The notes under the pieces: model-generated | What the model was told of the DNA's origin: nothing | Database searches by the model: none | What the model saw: only the letters and a program-made list of their open reading frames with translations | Made by a program: the position numbers and the translations under genes | In this document: one piece after another, positions 33,415-43,732 of the stretch | Numbering within the stretch: position 1 is the stretch's first letter | How the letters are laid out: each line of letters opens with the position of its first letter | Origin: Planctomycetota bacterium | GTDB taxonomy: Bacteria > Planctomycetota > B15-G4 | Length of the DNA: 64,000 nucleotides | NCBI GenBank assembly: GCA_965248575.1 | Contig: CBDFJQ010000002.1 | Location: forward strand, 3,008,001-3,072,000 | Direction of reading: 5' to 3'

Positions 33415-33514
33415 GGGCGGTCTCGGAATGGGGTATCGAGGTCCGATCCCTCTATCAGACGGCGATTTGCCGCTTGAATCGGGGGCGTGCAGTGTAGGTA
33501 GGTCCCGAGATTTA

Positions 33515-35518
33515 TCAAGACCGCCGGGCGGCGTGACGCGACAAGACAGAAGGTTGCACCGAAAGGCCGAGCAGGCCCACCAAGCCGACCCCGATCCAGA
33601 GCCCCGAGTTCGCCCCTCCTTCGAGCAGCAGATCGCCCGGCAGCAGGATGCAGGCGACGACGAAGGCGGTCGCCCCGATCCAGGCCACCACGACCCTGGG
33701 AGCTGCCCAACGCGCCCGGTCTTCGTCCGGGGCCCTGAAGGGCCCCCAGGCGCCCATGGGGCGGATCCGGTCGTGGAACTCCTGCAGCGTGTCTTTGTCC
33801 ACGGGAGGGGTCAGGAGCGTCACCAGGAGGGTGACTGGCAGGGTGATGGCCATGACGAGCAGCAGCGAGCCCGGGAACACCGGTCGACTGGCCTCCACCA
33901 GCAAGTCGGGCAGCAGGGCTACGGCCCAATCCTCCCTCAGATGGAGCACCCATGTGCCCACCGCACCCACCACCAGGGCCGTGATCTCGGACCAGGCATT
34001 CACCCGCCACCAGAGCCAGCGCAACAGATACACCACCCCGACGCCGCTGAAGAGGGCCGAGAAGATGTTGAACATCTCGCTCAGGCTCTCGAAGTGCAGG
34101 CTGATGGCCAAGGCGATGAGCAGCACCAGGGGCCCGGTGATACGGGCAGCCCGGATGTAGTGCTGAGGCTCCGCATCCGGCTTGATGAAGCGCTTGTAGG
34201 CGTCGTTCACGAGGTAGGCAGACGCCAGGTTCAGATGCGTGTCCACCGTGGACATGAAGGCCGCCAGGAAGCTCGCGATCATCAGGCCCAGGAGCCCGGC
34301 CGGAAGATAGCGACGCATCATGGCGGGGTAGGCCATCTCGTCGTCCGTGGCCGCCAGCACCTGTCCGCTGGCCACGTCGAGGTCCTCCCAGACACGCACC
34401 TCGGCGGTCCAGCCCTCGACCCCGGTCTCGGGGATCGGCAGCTCGAAGCTCTGCCCGTCAGCCGCTGTCACCTGGACATGCTCGGCCGTGACCGAGGTCA
34501 CCACGCCATCGGTCGGGCTCTTGAGAGAGGTGGGCGGCAGCACCAGGAGCGATGCCAGGGCCACGATGATCCAGGGCCAGGGGCGCAGGGCGTTGTGAGC
34601 CACGGCGTACCAAAGCGCGGCCCCCACGGCGTGCTTCTCCGACTTGCAGGCGAGCATGCGCTGCACCATCACGCCGCTGCCGTCAGAGTTCTTGGTGGCG
34701 AACCACATGACACTCACGAACACCACGAACTGCAGGAACTGCCGGTTCCAGGTGGAGGGGTCCGAGAACACCACGCCCTCAGAGCTGGGGGCTACCGTGA
34801 GCTTGCCGGCCGCCACGGGCGAGGCCTTGAGTGCCTCGACCAGGGGGCCGAGCCCGCCGAACTCGTTCACCACCGTCCAGGCCAGGACCACGGCGCCAGT
34901 GAGCGCCAGGATGAATTGCACGAAGTCCGTGAGCACCACACCCCACAGCCCCGTGATCTCCGAGTAGACGAGGGCCAGCACGCAGCAGCCCACCATGACC
35001 AGCAGCTCGGGTGGGATGCCGAACACTCCCGCGTCGCCGTCCTCCACCTGGAACAGCACCTTCATGAGCTTGGTCATGCCGAGCATCACCCAGCCCATGA
35101 CGAAGCAGTGCATGAAGAGCACCTGGTAGACGCTCTTGAAGCCGCGCAGCGCTCGGGCCGGGCGGCCGGAGTAGCGCAGCTCCATGAACTCGATGTCGGT
35201 CAGGACGCGAGAGCGCTTCCAGTAGCGCGAGAAGAGCACCACGATGAGCAGCGAACCCACCACGTAGCCCCACCAGCGCCAGTTGCCGGCCACACCGCTT
35301 TCGCGCGTCCAACCGGTGATGAGCAGGGGCGTGTCGCTGGCGAAGGAGGTGGCCACCATGGAGGTGCCCGCCAACCACCAGGGCAGGTTGCGGCCCGAGA
35401 GGAAGAAATTCTCCATGGACCCGCGGCTGCGCTTGCGCACCAGCAGGCCGGCGCCCAACGAGAGCGCGAGATACGCGCCAATGACGAGCCAGTCGAGCCC
35501 GGCGAGAGCTTCCGTCAC
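33515..35518 (-). CDS. sodium:solute symporter family protein
   Basis: FFLSGRNLPWWLAGTSMVATSF, QRMLAC and AAFMSTVDTHLN motifs. Confidence 0.9.
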   Translation of the reverse strand: MTEALAGLDWLVIGAYLALSLGAGLLVRKRSRGSMENFFLSGRNLPWWLAGTSMVATSFASDTPLLITGWTRESGVAGNWRWWGYVVGSLLIVVLFSRYWKRSRVLTDIEFMELRYSGRPARALRGFKSVYQVLFMHCFVMGWVMLGMTKLMKVLFQVEDGDAGVFGIPPELLVMVGCCVLALVYSEITGLWGVVLTDFVQFILALTGAVVLAWTVVNEFGGLGPLVEALKASPVAAGKLTVAPSSEGVVFSDPSTWNRQFLQFVVFVSVMWFATKNSDGSGVMVQRMLACKSEKHAVGAALWYAVAHNALRPWPWIIVALASLLVLPPTSLKSPTDGVVTSVTAEHVQVTAADGQSFELPIPETGVEGWTAEVRVWEDLDVASGQVLAATDDEMAYPAMMRRYLPAGLLGLMIASFLAAFMSTVDTHLNLASAYLVNDAYKRFIKPDAEPQHYIRAARITGPLVLLIALAISLHFESLSEMFNIFSALFSGVGVVYLLRWLWWRVNAWSEITALVVGAVGTWVLHLREDWAVALLPDLLVEASRPVFPGSLLLVMAITLPVTLLVTLLTPPVDKDTLQEFHDRIRPMGAWGPFRAPDEDRARWAAPRVVVAWIGATAFVVACILLPGDLLLEGGANSGLWIGVGLVGLLGLSVQPSVLSRHAARRS

Positions 35519-36981
35519 GTGCCGAGCGGGTTGAGGAGGGTCTCGCTCGGAATCTTGATGATGGGCGTGACCATCAAGAGGATCTCGGAGTTCCGCTTCT
35601 GCGTGCTGCGGCTCTTGAAGAACCAGCCGAGAATCGGGATGTCACCGAGCAAGGGCACCTTCGTGATGGTCTCGATCTGGGTCGAGGCCCGCAGCCCACC
35701 CACCGCCAACACCTGGCCGCTGTAGACGTGCACCGTGGTGCCCGCTGCGCGCTGGCTGATGATGGGAGAGGAGACCTCGGTGCCGCTGATGTTGAAGGGC
35801 ACTGCGCCCGTCTGCGCCGAGACGTCGATGGAGACATCCAGGCGGATCAGGTTCTCGCTCACGATGAACGGCACCATCTCGATGGTGACGCCCGTGGGCT
35901 CGAACGACGTCGTGACGTTCGGGTTGTTGGCGTTGCCGCTGGCCTTGAAGATCGGGACCTTCTCGCCGGTCGTCAGCCGTGCCCTGTGCCCGTTCAACAC
36001 GGTCACCGTGGGCGAACTGATGAGCTCGGCGGAACCGATGGTCTGCAAGAGGCTGATGACGCCATCGACCCGCAGGTTGTCCTTCACACCTTGCAGGCTG
36101 AGCAGGAAGCCCGAGAGGCTCGGCGCGCCAGCGAAGCTGTTGAAGCCTGCACCGATGCCGGACTCGGCGCCGTTGTCCAGGATCGGGATGCCGGAACCAA
36201 AGTTGCTGGCCGTCGGATTGCCGATGGGGTCGAAGGGCTGGCCCGGGTTCTCGAGCTGGCGCCCGATGACCTTGGCGTCCCAGTCCACGAGATCGTCGAG
36301 GTTCACCTCGACAACCCGCACCTGCAGTTCGATCTGAGGCAGGTCCCCGAGCACCTTGTGCAGGAGCTCGGTGATGAACAGCAGGGTGTCCGGCGGCGCC
36401 GTGATGTGCAGGACATCCCCGATACCCGCCTTCTTGAGCGGGGAGCGCATGCCAAAGGTGTCGGCGAGCTCGTCCTGCAGGAAGCCTGCGTGCAGCACGT
36501 AGCGTGTCAGCTGCGTCGGCGAGAGGCTGGGATCGTTGGGGACCCCTGGCTCGCTAGGGAAATCGGGCACATAGGCCTTGAGCAGCTCCACGACCTGGGC
36601 GCCGCGACCTTCGTGCACGGTGAACATCTTGGTCCAGCTGCCGTCGACGCCGCGGATCACGTTGGGGCCGAGGCGGTGGAACGGTGATGGGGGCTGGTCG
36701 GCCAGGAAGTCCGGGTCCAGGTCGTCAGGGCTGGCCGGAGTCGTCAGCAGGCCCAGCAGGTCGAGCTGGTCTTCGAAATCCTGGTCGGCAGCGTCCTGAG
36801 CTGCCGTCGATTGGGCCGCGCTGGGTGTGGGGCCCAGGGTGACCGGGGTCGGGTCGCCCATGAGCTCCCAGCGATCCGGCTCGGGGCCGACTTCGGAGGT
36901 GACGCAGGCGGTCCCCGCCAACAGCGCCAGGGCTGCGGCGAAGACTCCCAGCTTCTGCCCGACGCGCGCTGGGCGCGTCAT
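35515..36981 (-). CDS. short secretin-family outer-membrane lipoprotein
   Basis: Lipobox-like LAGTAC; PQIELQVRVVEV; SSPTVTVLNG; KVPLLGDIPILGWFFKS...EILLMVTPII. Confidence 0.88.
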   Translation of the reverse strand: MTRPARVGQKLGVFAAALALLAGTACVTSEVGPEPDRWELMGDPTPVTLGPTPSAAQSTAAQDAADQDFEDQLDLLGLLTTPASPDDLDPDFLADQPPSPFHRLGPNVIRGVDGSWTKMFTVHEGRGAQVVELLKAYVPDFPSEPGVPNDPSLSPTQLTRYVLHAGFLQDELADTFGMRSPLKKAGIGDVLHITAPPDTLLFITELLHKVLGDLPQIELQVRVVEVNLDDLVDWDAKVIGRQLENPGQPFDPIGNPTASNFGSGIPILDNGAESGIGAGFNSFAGAPSLSGFLLSLQGVKDNLRVDGVISLLQTIGSAELISSPTVTVLNGHRARLTTGEKVPIFKASGNANNPNVTTSFEPTGVTIEMVPFIVSENLIRLDVSIDVSAQTGAVPFNISGTEVSSPIISQRAAGTTVHVYSGQVLAVGGLRASTQIETITKVPLLGDIPILGWFFKSRSTQKRNSEILLMVTPIIKIPSETLLNPLGT

Positions 36982-37793
36982 CCGGCGAGCGCCTCGATGA
37001 CGGCGCGGGTCACATCAGGCACCGAACCGTGGCGAGAAGTCACATCCCCCTGTTCGGCGAGGCCATCCAAGCCCTGGTCGCGCGCGACCTTCTTGACCGC
37101 CTTGCTGAACTTGTCGAGGTAGCTCTTTTGAAGCAGGTGGAACTGGGCATCGTTCTCGTCCAAGCCCGTCCACTCGATGTAGGCAGGAATGGCTTCCAGC
37201 ACCATCTGCGAATCCAGCTCACCCACGCTTTGCATCAGACGTGGGTTGCTGCCGTGCAGCAGATTGCCTTCGATGCAGTAGGTCGGCAGTTGGTCCATGA
37301 CTTCGGAGGTCAGGTCCGACACGCCCTCGTCGCTCGTCACGCCATCTGGAACGGTGATGACATCGATGCCGTGCCGACGGGCGACGGCGGCCAACGCCTT
37401 GTTCGTGCTGGCCCGCGCCTCCTCGAACAGCTGCTTGCCGCGCCCCTGGGTCTCAGACAGCCCGAACTCCTTGAGACGCATGTAGGCGGGGTTGTTGTTG
37501 TAGACATCGAGGATGTCCACCACTGCGGCAGTCTGTGCGCCGTTGGCGGAACCGTAGAGCACCTGCCCGGTGACCTCGACATCCACAGCGGGAATGCCTG
37601 GCGGCTCGGGAGCGGGGGCCTGGACAACGGGTGTCCAGGGAGCAGCGGCCACCAAGGTGCTGAGCAGGGTCGCGAGACCCGCTCCACGGAGAACCGGACG
37701 GAGGCGGTTCATCCACACAGCTGCAAGAGTCTGCGCGGACCCCAAGCCCTGTCTGTCCTGATTCAACGTTTGCTTCACCCTGTACCAATCCAT
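36978..37793 (-). CDS. hypothetical exported protein with two Skp/OmpH-like repeats (start uncertain)
   Basis: Internal duplication; its stop overlaps the secretin ATG. Confidence 0.6.
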   Translation of the reverse strand: MDWYRVKQTLNQDRQGLGSAQTLAAVWMNRLRPVLRGAGLATLLSTLVAAAPWTPVVQAPAPEPPGIPAVDVEVTGQVLYGSANGAQTAAVVDILDVYNNNPAYMRLKEFGLSETQGRGKQLFEEARASTNKALAAVARRHGIDVITVPDGVTSDEGVSDLTSEVMDQLPTYCIEGNLLHGSNPRLMQSVGELDSQMVLEAIPAYIEWTGLDENDAQFHLLQKSYLDKFSKAVKKVARDQGLDGLAEQGDVTSRHGSVPDVTRAVIEALAG

Positions 37794-38096
37794 TCTGACC
37801 TCTCCGATACGGCTGACTCCGGACCGAGGAGATGCTGCGCCGCGAGGATACACACCTGATCGCCCTGACGGGGGACAAACCTGATGACGGGTTTCCACCT
37901 GGATTGTTGGACGGGCTTTCACCTGGGAATCGGTTGGGAAGGCCCCAAGTGCTCCGAGAAGTCGCTCTTCCAGGCCCACGGGCGCTGGGCAGCGGTGCCC
38001 TCAAACGACCACCGGCCGAGCCCCCTCTTGGGGACCCGGCCGGTGTCGTGTGAAAGCAGATTCAGTGGCACCCAAAATCGGGAGGCCCCCAAATCG

Positions 38097-40613
38097 TCAG
38101 CTCTCGACGGTTTCCGTGTCTTCGGAGCCTTCTGGTTCCGCGCCTTCGGAGCCTTCTGTGGCCCCTTCGGACTTGGCGGCCCGCATGGACAGCTTGATGC
38201 GGCCCTGGTCGTCGATCTGAAGCACCTTCACGGTGACCTTGTCACCCATGTTGTAGGCCTCGAAGGGCTCCTTGATGTCCGTGGGCAACATCTCGGAAAT
38301 GTGGCAGAGGCCATCCCGGCCCGGCTGCACCTCGACGAAAACACCGTAGGACTTCATGCCCGTGATGGTGCCCTCGTAGGTCGTATCCACATCCACCGGT
38401 GCTTCCGGCTTCCGCTCGCGACGAGCACCGCCGCGATCGCCACCACGCTCGCCACCGCGTCCTCCGCGATCGCCACCTCGGGCAGCACCACCTCCGCCGC
38501 CGCCGCCCTCTTGGACCTCGGCATCCTTGCGACCCAGACGCACGCGACCGAAGTCGTCGATGTTCGTGCACTTCACCTCGATCTCCTGGCCCACGCTCAG
38601 GACGTCCGCGACGTTCTTCACGAACTGGTCGCCTTCGCCCATCTCGCTGATGTGCAACAGGCCTTCCTTGCCGGGGAAGATCTCGATGAAGGCGCCGAAG
38701 TCCCGGATCGAGACCACCTTGCCCTTGTAGACGGTGCCCACTTCGGCATCGCCTGTGATGGCTTCGACCGCCGCGACGGCGCCGTCCATGTCGCCCTCGG
38801 GGCCGGACGCGATGTTCACCAAACCATCGTCGTTGACCTCGATCTTGACGTTGAAGTCGGCCTGCAGGGCACGAATGATCTTGCCGCCAGGACCGATGAG
38901 GGCGCCGATCTTCTCGGGATCGATGCTGCGCGAAGTGATCTGCGGTGCCCAGTTACTGATGCTCTCGCGGGCGGTGCTGATGGCCTCGTTCATCTTGCCG
39001 AGGATGTGCAAGCGGCCCGCCTTCGCCTGCGCGAGCGCGCGACGAAGCAGGTCAGCTGACAGACCCTGGATCTTGACGTCCATCTGCAGGGCCGTGACGC
39101 CTTCTGCAGTACCGGTGACCTTGAAGTCCATGTCGCCGAAGTGGTCCTCGCTGCCGAGGATGTCGCTCAGGATGTAGTGGTCGTTGCCATCCTCGATCAG
39201 ACCCATGGCGATACCGGCGACCGGCGTGCGGATGGGGCAACCTGCATCGAAGAGCGCGACGGAACCGCCACACACCGAAGCCATGGACGAGCTGCCGTTG
39301 GACTCCAGGATCTCGGAGACCACGCGCACGCTGTAGGGGAACTCCTCGGGCGCCGGCATGACCATGTTGACCGAGCGCTCGGCCAGGTTGCCGTGGCCCA
39401 CCTCGCGGCGTGAGGTGCCCATCATGCGGCGCACTTCGCCAACACAGAAGGGCGGGAAGTTGTAGTGCAGCATGAAGCGCTTGCTGTACTCGTCCATGAG
39501 GCCGTCGACGATCTGCTCGTCGCGGCCCGTGCCGAGGGTGACGCTGACGAGCGCCTGGGTCTCGCCACGGGTGAAGAGCGCCGAACCGTGCGCGCGGGGC
39601 AGCACGCCCAGCTCGATCTCGATCTGGCGGATCTCGTCCAGCGCACGGCCGTCAGACCGCTTGCCGTCGTTGATGATCTTCTTGCGGGCGATGTCACCCT
39701 CAAGGTCGTGGAAGGCGTTGCCAATCTGCTTCTTGGCAAGCATGAGGCCGGCCTCGTCGACACCAGCGAGCAGGGCATCCGTAGCGTCGTTCGAGACCTG
39801 CTTCATCGCAGCCTTCTTCTCGAACTTGCCAGCGGTGTCCATGGCGGCGGTGTAGGCCGCGCGCTGCTCCTCGACCCGTGCAATCCAAGGGTTCTCAGGG
39901 GCTTCCGGCACCACCTGCTTCTCCTTGCCGACCTTGGCCATGAGCTCTTCGCTCATTTCGCAGATCTGCTGGACCGCTTCGTGGCCGAAGAGGATGGCGC
40001 CAGCCATCACTTCCTCGTCCAGCTCGAGCGAACCGGCCTCCACCATGGTGACGGCTTCCTTCGTGCCGCTGACCACCAGGTCGAGGGTGCTCTCGGCAAG
40101 CTGCTCGAGAGTGGGGTTGAGGACGTACTCGTCGTTGATCCAGGCCACCTTCACCGTGGCGCCAGGGCCCTGGTAAGGAATGGTCGAGATGCTCAGCGCG
40201 GCCATGGCGGCGCAACCAGCCAGGATGCCTGGCTCGTTGACCCGGTCGTAGCTGACGACTTGGACGATGATCTGCAACTCGTTGCGGTAGGTCTCCGCAA
40301 ACATGGGTCGCACAGGGCGGTCGATGGAGCGCGCGATGAGGATCTCAGGATCCCTCGGGCGCATCTCACGCTTGAAGAAGCCGCCTGGCACCTTGCCGGC
40401 AGCGTAGGTCTTCTCGCGGTACTCAACGGTCAGCGGGAAGAAATCCAGGTCGGGGCGGCCCTTGGAACTCTGGGCCGTCGCCAACAGCGCGGTTTCGCCA
40501 TAGGTGGCGTAGATGGCGCCATCGGCCTGCTTGGCCATGCGCCCGGTTTCAAACGTGAGGGTCCGTCCGCCGACTTCGCGGCTGACGGAAATGGGGTTGT
40601 TCAACTTGGTCAT
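38097..40613 (-). CDS. pnp: polyribonucleotide nucleotidyltransferase with a second S1 domain
   Basis: FETGRMAKQADG, DFFPLTVEY, HGSALFTRGETQ and GDMDFKV motifs; KH domain plus two S1 domains. Confidence 0.97.
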   Translation of the reverse strand: MTKLNNPISVSREVGGRTLTFETGRMAKQADGAIYATYGETALLATAQSSKGRPDLDFFPLTVEYREKTYAAGKVPGGFFKREMRPRDPEILIARSIDRPVRPMFAETYRNELQIIVQVVSYDRVNEPGILAGCAAMAALSISTIPYQGPGATVKVAWINDEYVLNPTLEQLAESTLDLVVSGTKEAVTMVEAGSLELDEEVMAGAILFGHEAVQQICEMSEELMAKVGKEKQVVPEAPENPWIARVEEQRAAYTAAMDTAGKFEKKAAMKQVSNDATDALLAGVDEAGLMLAKKQIGNAFHDLEGDIARKKIINDGKRSDGRALDEIRQIEIELGVLPRAHGSALFTRGETQALVSVTLGTGRDEQIVDGLMDEYSKRFMLHYNFPPFCVGEVRRMMGTSRREVGHGNLAERSVNMVMPAPEEFPYSVRVVSEILESNGSSSMASVCGGSVALFDAGCPIRTPVAGIAMGLIEDGNDHYILSDILGSEDHFGDMDFKVTGTAEGVTALQMDVKIQGLSADLLRRALAQAKAGRLHILGKMNEAISTARESISNWAPQITSRSIDPEKIGALIGPGGKIIRALQADFNVKIEVNDDGLVNIASGPEGDMDGAVAAVEAITGDAEVGTVYKGKVVSIRDFGAFIEIFPGKEGLLHISEMGEGDQFVKNVADVLSVGQEIEVKCTNIDDFGRVRLGRKDAEVQEGGGGGGGAARGGDRGGRGGERGGDRGGARRERKPEAPVDVDTTYEGTITGMKSYGVFVEVQPGRDGLCHISEMLPTDIKEPFEAYNMGDKVTVKVLQIDDQGRIKLSMRAAKSEGATEGSEGAEPEGSEDTETVES

Positions 40614-40835
40614 GATCTGCCTATCGCAGTGGGGCTGCGGGCTGGGTCACACCCCGAGTGGGTGGGACATCCGCAGCGAAAACAAAGGGTTGGCCCGGCC
40701 GCTCCTGGTTCCTTTGGATGGAAGGGAGTCGGGCTCGGACCGGAAGACGGAACCCGGGACTCAGGCGCGCTCGTTGGAGCACTCTGCCGGGCGTGATGAG
40801 GCGTCTCTTCAAGAAAGCCGCCTCCGCAGGGATCG

Positions 40836-41120
40836 TCAGACGTTCGTGCGAACGCCGCGAATCTCAAGCTGCTTCAGGATCTCCACGTAACCGCTCGGAT
40901 CCTTGCTGCGCAGGTAGCGCAGCAAGCTGTTCCGACGGCCCACGAGCTTCAGAAGCCCGCGGCGCGTGTGGTTGTCCTTCTTGTGGATCTTGAGGTGCTC
41001 GGTGAGCGACCGGATCCGGGAGGTGAGGACAGCAATCTGAACCTCGGTGGAGCCGCAGTCCCGTTCGTGGGTCTGGTACTCCTGGATGATATCGGCCTTG
41101 CCGGCCATTTTGATCGTCAT
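40836..41120 (-). CDS. rpsO: 30S ribosomal protein S15
   Basis: [13 protein letters not shown]...[18 protein letters not shown]; upstream of pnp. Confidence 0.96.
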   Translation of the reverse strand: MTIKMAGKADIIQEYQTHERDCGSTEVQIAVLTSRIRSLTEHLKIHKKDNHTRRGLLKLVGRRNSLLRYLRSKDPSGYVEILKQLEIRGVRTNV

Positions 41121-41310
41121 GCGTGTTGACTCGGTTTCTTTGCTTCAGGCGTCAGGCTTCAGCGCTTGGGCCACCGGGTTCGGTGTTCCACCAACGAAGG
41201 GTGGTGCCCGCTGAAGGCCTGTCTCGTGGGTACTTTCGTTTCCTGTCGACAATTCCCGGCGATCCTAGCAGCCTGCCCAGACGACGCGCAACGGCTGAGC
41301 CCGACAGGTC

Positions 41311-41961
41311 TTACCCCAGGGACAGCTCCGCCCGCTCCCGCCGACGGCAGGATTCACATCGGCCGCAGGGGATATCGTCCCCTCGATAGCAGGACCAGGC
41401 CAGATCCACAGGAGCAGCCACGGCCCGTCCGGCCTGCAGCAGCTCCTTTTTGGACATGTGCAGGGTTGGCGCCACGATGGACACCATGCCCCGGGTCGAA
41501 AACTCCAGCGCGCGGTTCACGCGCTCCAGGAAGAGGGCCCCATTGTCGGGGAAGGTCTTCGCCTCTTCGGCGTTGAACCCCACCACCACATGCTCCTGTC
41601 CTTCCGCTTCGGCGACGGCAGCCGCCAGGTTGAGCAAAAGTCCATTCCGATTGGGCACCCAGACCGCATCCGCCGTGGCGACCGCCGTCTCGTCCAAGGT
41701 CTCAGGCTCTGGCTCTGGAAGCTCCTGATCCCCCGCAACCAGGGCCGTCCGGGTGATTCTGGCCAAGATCGGGAGCTCCAGGCGCTCAAAGCCGACGCCC
41801 AGGGCAGCGGCCACAGCCCGCGCGGCCCGCTCCTCGGGGGCCACGGCCTTCTGGCCATAGTCCACGAAGAGGGCGCGCTGGAGTACCCCGCCATCTGCCC
41901 GGTAGAGGGCACAGGCCACCGTGGAATCGAGCCCACCGGAAAGAAGCGCCAGGGCGGACAT
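41311..41961 (-). CDS. queC: 7-cyano-7-deazaguanine synthase
   Basis: LLSGGLDST, DYGQK, VWVPNRN and WSCY...CGRCESC motifs. Confidence 0.92.
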   Translation of the reverse strand: MSALALLSGGLDSTVACALYRADGGVLQRALFVDYGQKAVAPEERAARAVAAALGVGFERLELPILARITRTALVAGDQELPEPEPETLDETAVATADAVWVPNRNGLLLNLAAAVAEAEGQEHVVVGFNAEEAKTFPDNGALFLERVNRALEFSTRGMVSIVAPTLHMSKKELLQAGRAVAAPVDLAWSCYRGDDIPCGRCESCRRRERAELSLG

Positions 41962-42134
41962 GCCGATTCTCCTGCCAGTTGCGTTGTTGAGGATGCTGTG
42001 CAGACGTTCTGTTGGGTTCTTGTAGCTGCCGTGCCCCCGACTTGGAACCCATCGCCAGCTTCCGCCAGTTGCCGACTCGGGCGGCCCTCGATACAAAGGC
42101 CCCCTTCCCCCGACCCGCCCAAGGAGGGCTCTTC

Positions 42135-43703
42135 GTGCGCCCCACCTCTTCACTCCTGCTCCGTCTCGTGCCCGTTCTTGCCCTGGGAGTGGGTCTCGCC
42201 CTCGCGTCTCCCGCGGCCAGCCAGGCCCTCCCGCCCGACGGAATCAGCGCGGAATCCAGTGCTGAGAGCACGATGGCGCCCAGTGGGTGGAGCTTGCTCG
42301 ACGACGCCCTGAGGGGCCTGGACCAGGCCTGTCTGCAGCAGCTGGACCCCGTCTTGTGGTTGGACGTCCGTGGCACGGCCGCCGAAGCCCTCGCGGCAAC
42401 CCGTGCAGCCCGCGACGCCGGAGCACCCAAAGAACTCTGCCTCGCGGCCCAACGCACCCTGGCGGCCCTGCTCACGCGCCAGGAGGTCCTCGACCCCCAA
42501 GGCAACGGCCAAGGTGCGGAACCTGTCGGCGACCTCTCGAGCGTTGCCGACGACCTGTTCTTCCTGGAAGGCACCCTGCCCCAGACGTCGTTGATCCTGA
42601 TCGAGACGCTCTTTGAGCTGGAGCGGGATCGCGAAGGCCAGGACGTGCTGTCCCGCGGATTCGTGCTCTGGCCCAGGGACGTTCGCTTCCATGAGACGAC
42701 CAGGGCGTGGCGCGATGTGCTGCCGGCCCCCGAAGACCTCATCAACCAGCTGAACGTGCGGGTCCTGGAGCTGGACAGCGCCGACACCCAGACGTCCGGC
42801 CTCTCGCTCGAAACGATCGGCATGATCCACGGCACCATGGGGGTGGCTGCTTATGAAGCACGGAAGTTCGGCTTGGCAGGCCTGCACTTCGATGCCTCGG
42901 CGCGGGCCCTGCACCGTTCGGGCAGCATGCCCCGCTCGATGGCCGACGATGCCATCGCCTCCCAGCGGGCGGACGCTGCCGTCAACGCCTCCATGTCATT
43001 CCTGGGCCACGCCCAGGACATCTGGTTTGCCAACCGCGCTGACACCGAGGAAGCCGTGCAGGCCATGTGGGCCGCCGAGGAGTCCATCGTCATCGCCATG
43101 CAGCTTCGGCCCAATCATGACCCCACCATGAACGCCGTGCTGTTCCTCGGTGAGACCTGGAAGGACAAGGCCGATGTGAGCCTGGTGAACACGGACGACC
43201 TCGCCCAGGCGCGGGAGTTCTTCCTGCGCATGGCTCAGCGCTTCGATGTCGCCGACTGGTGGAACAACTACGCCTTCTGGTGCCGCGAGACCGCCCTCGC
43301 CGCCCAGAGCGCCGGGCAGACGAGCCTCGCCCAGGAGCTCTTCGAGAAATCCTACGGGGCCTACGAGAAGACCATCTCACTCGAGCCGGACAACGCGCGC
43401 TTCGTGAATGACACCGGACTGATCCAGCTCTACTACCTGCAGGACGACCTGCAACGGGCCGAAGAGCTGTTCTACCTGGCGTGGGATCTTGGCAAGGCCG
43501 TCTGCGACAACCCCTTCGTCGACGACGCAGTGGCTGCGGAGAACCTCTCGGCCTACGGCGACGCCATGCTGAACATCGCCATCCTGAACCTGCAGCGCGG
43601 CGACCTCGACAAGGCCAAGGAGGTGAACGACCAACTGCTCGCCCTTTCGCCCGAGCGCTTCGATGCGCATGACCTGAAGCGGCGCATCGACGCTGCGATG
43701 TAG
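42135..43703 (+). CDS. exported TPR-containing protein
   Basis: AAGGAGG at 42121 precedes a GTG; signal peptide; TPR-like YEKTISLEPDNARFVND. Confidence 0.7.
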   Translation: MRPTSSLLLRLVPVLALGVGLALASPAASQALPPDGISAESSAESTMAPSGWSLLDDALRGLDQACLQQLDPVLWLDVRGTAAEALAATRAARDAGAPKELCLAAQRTLAALLTRQEVLDPQGNGQGAEPVGDLSSVADDLFFLEGTLPQTSLILIETLFELERDREGQDVLSRGFVLWPRDVRFHETTRAWRDVLPAPEDLINQLNVRVLELDSADTQTSGLSLETIGMIHGTMGVAAYEARKFGLAGLHFDASARALHRSGSMPRSMADDAIASQRADAAVNASMSFLGHAQDIWFANRADTEEAVQAMWAAEESIVIAMQLRPNHDPTMNAVLFLGETWKDKADVSLVNTDDLAQAREFFLRMAQRFDVADWWNNYAFWCRETALAAQSAGQTSLAQELFEKSYGAYEKTISLEPDNARFVNDTGLIQLYYLQDDLQRAEELFYLAWDLGKAVCDNPFVDDAVAAENLSAYGDAMLNIAILNLQRGDLDKAKEVNDQLLALSPERFDAHDLKRRIDAAM

Positions 43704-43732
43704 CCGCCTGAGGCGGTCCGAGTTCAGGCGCC

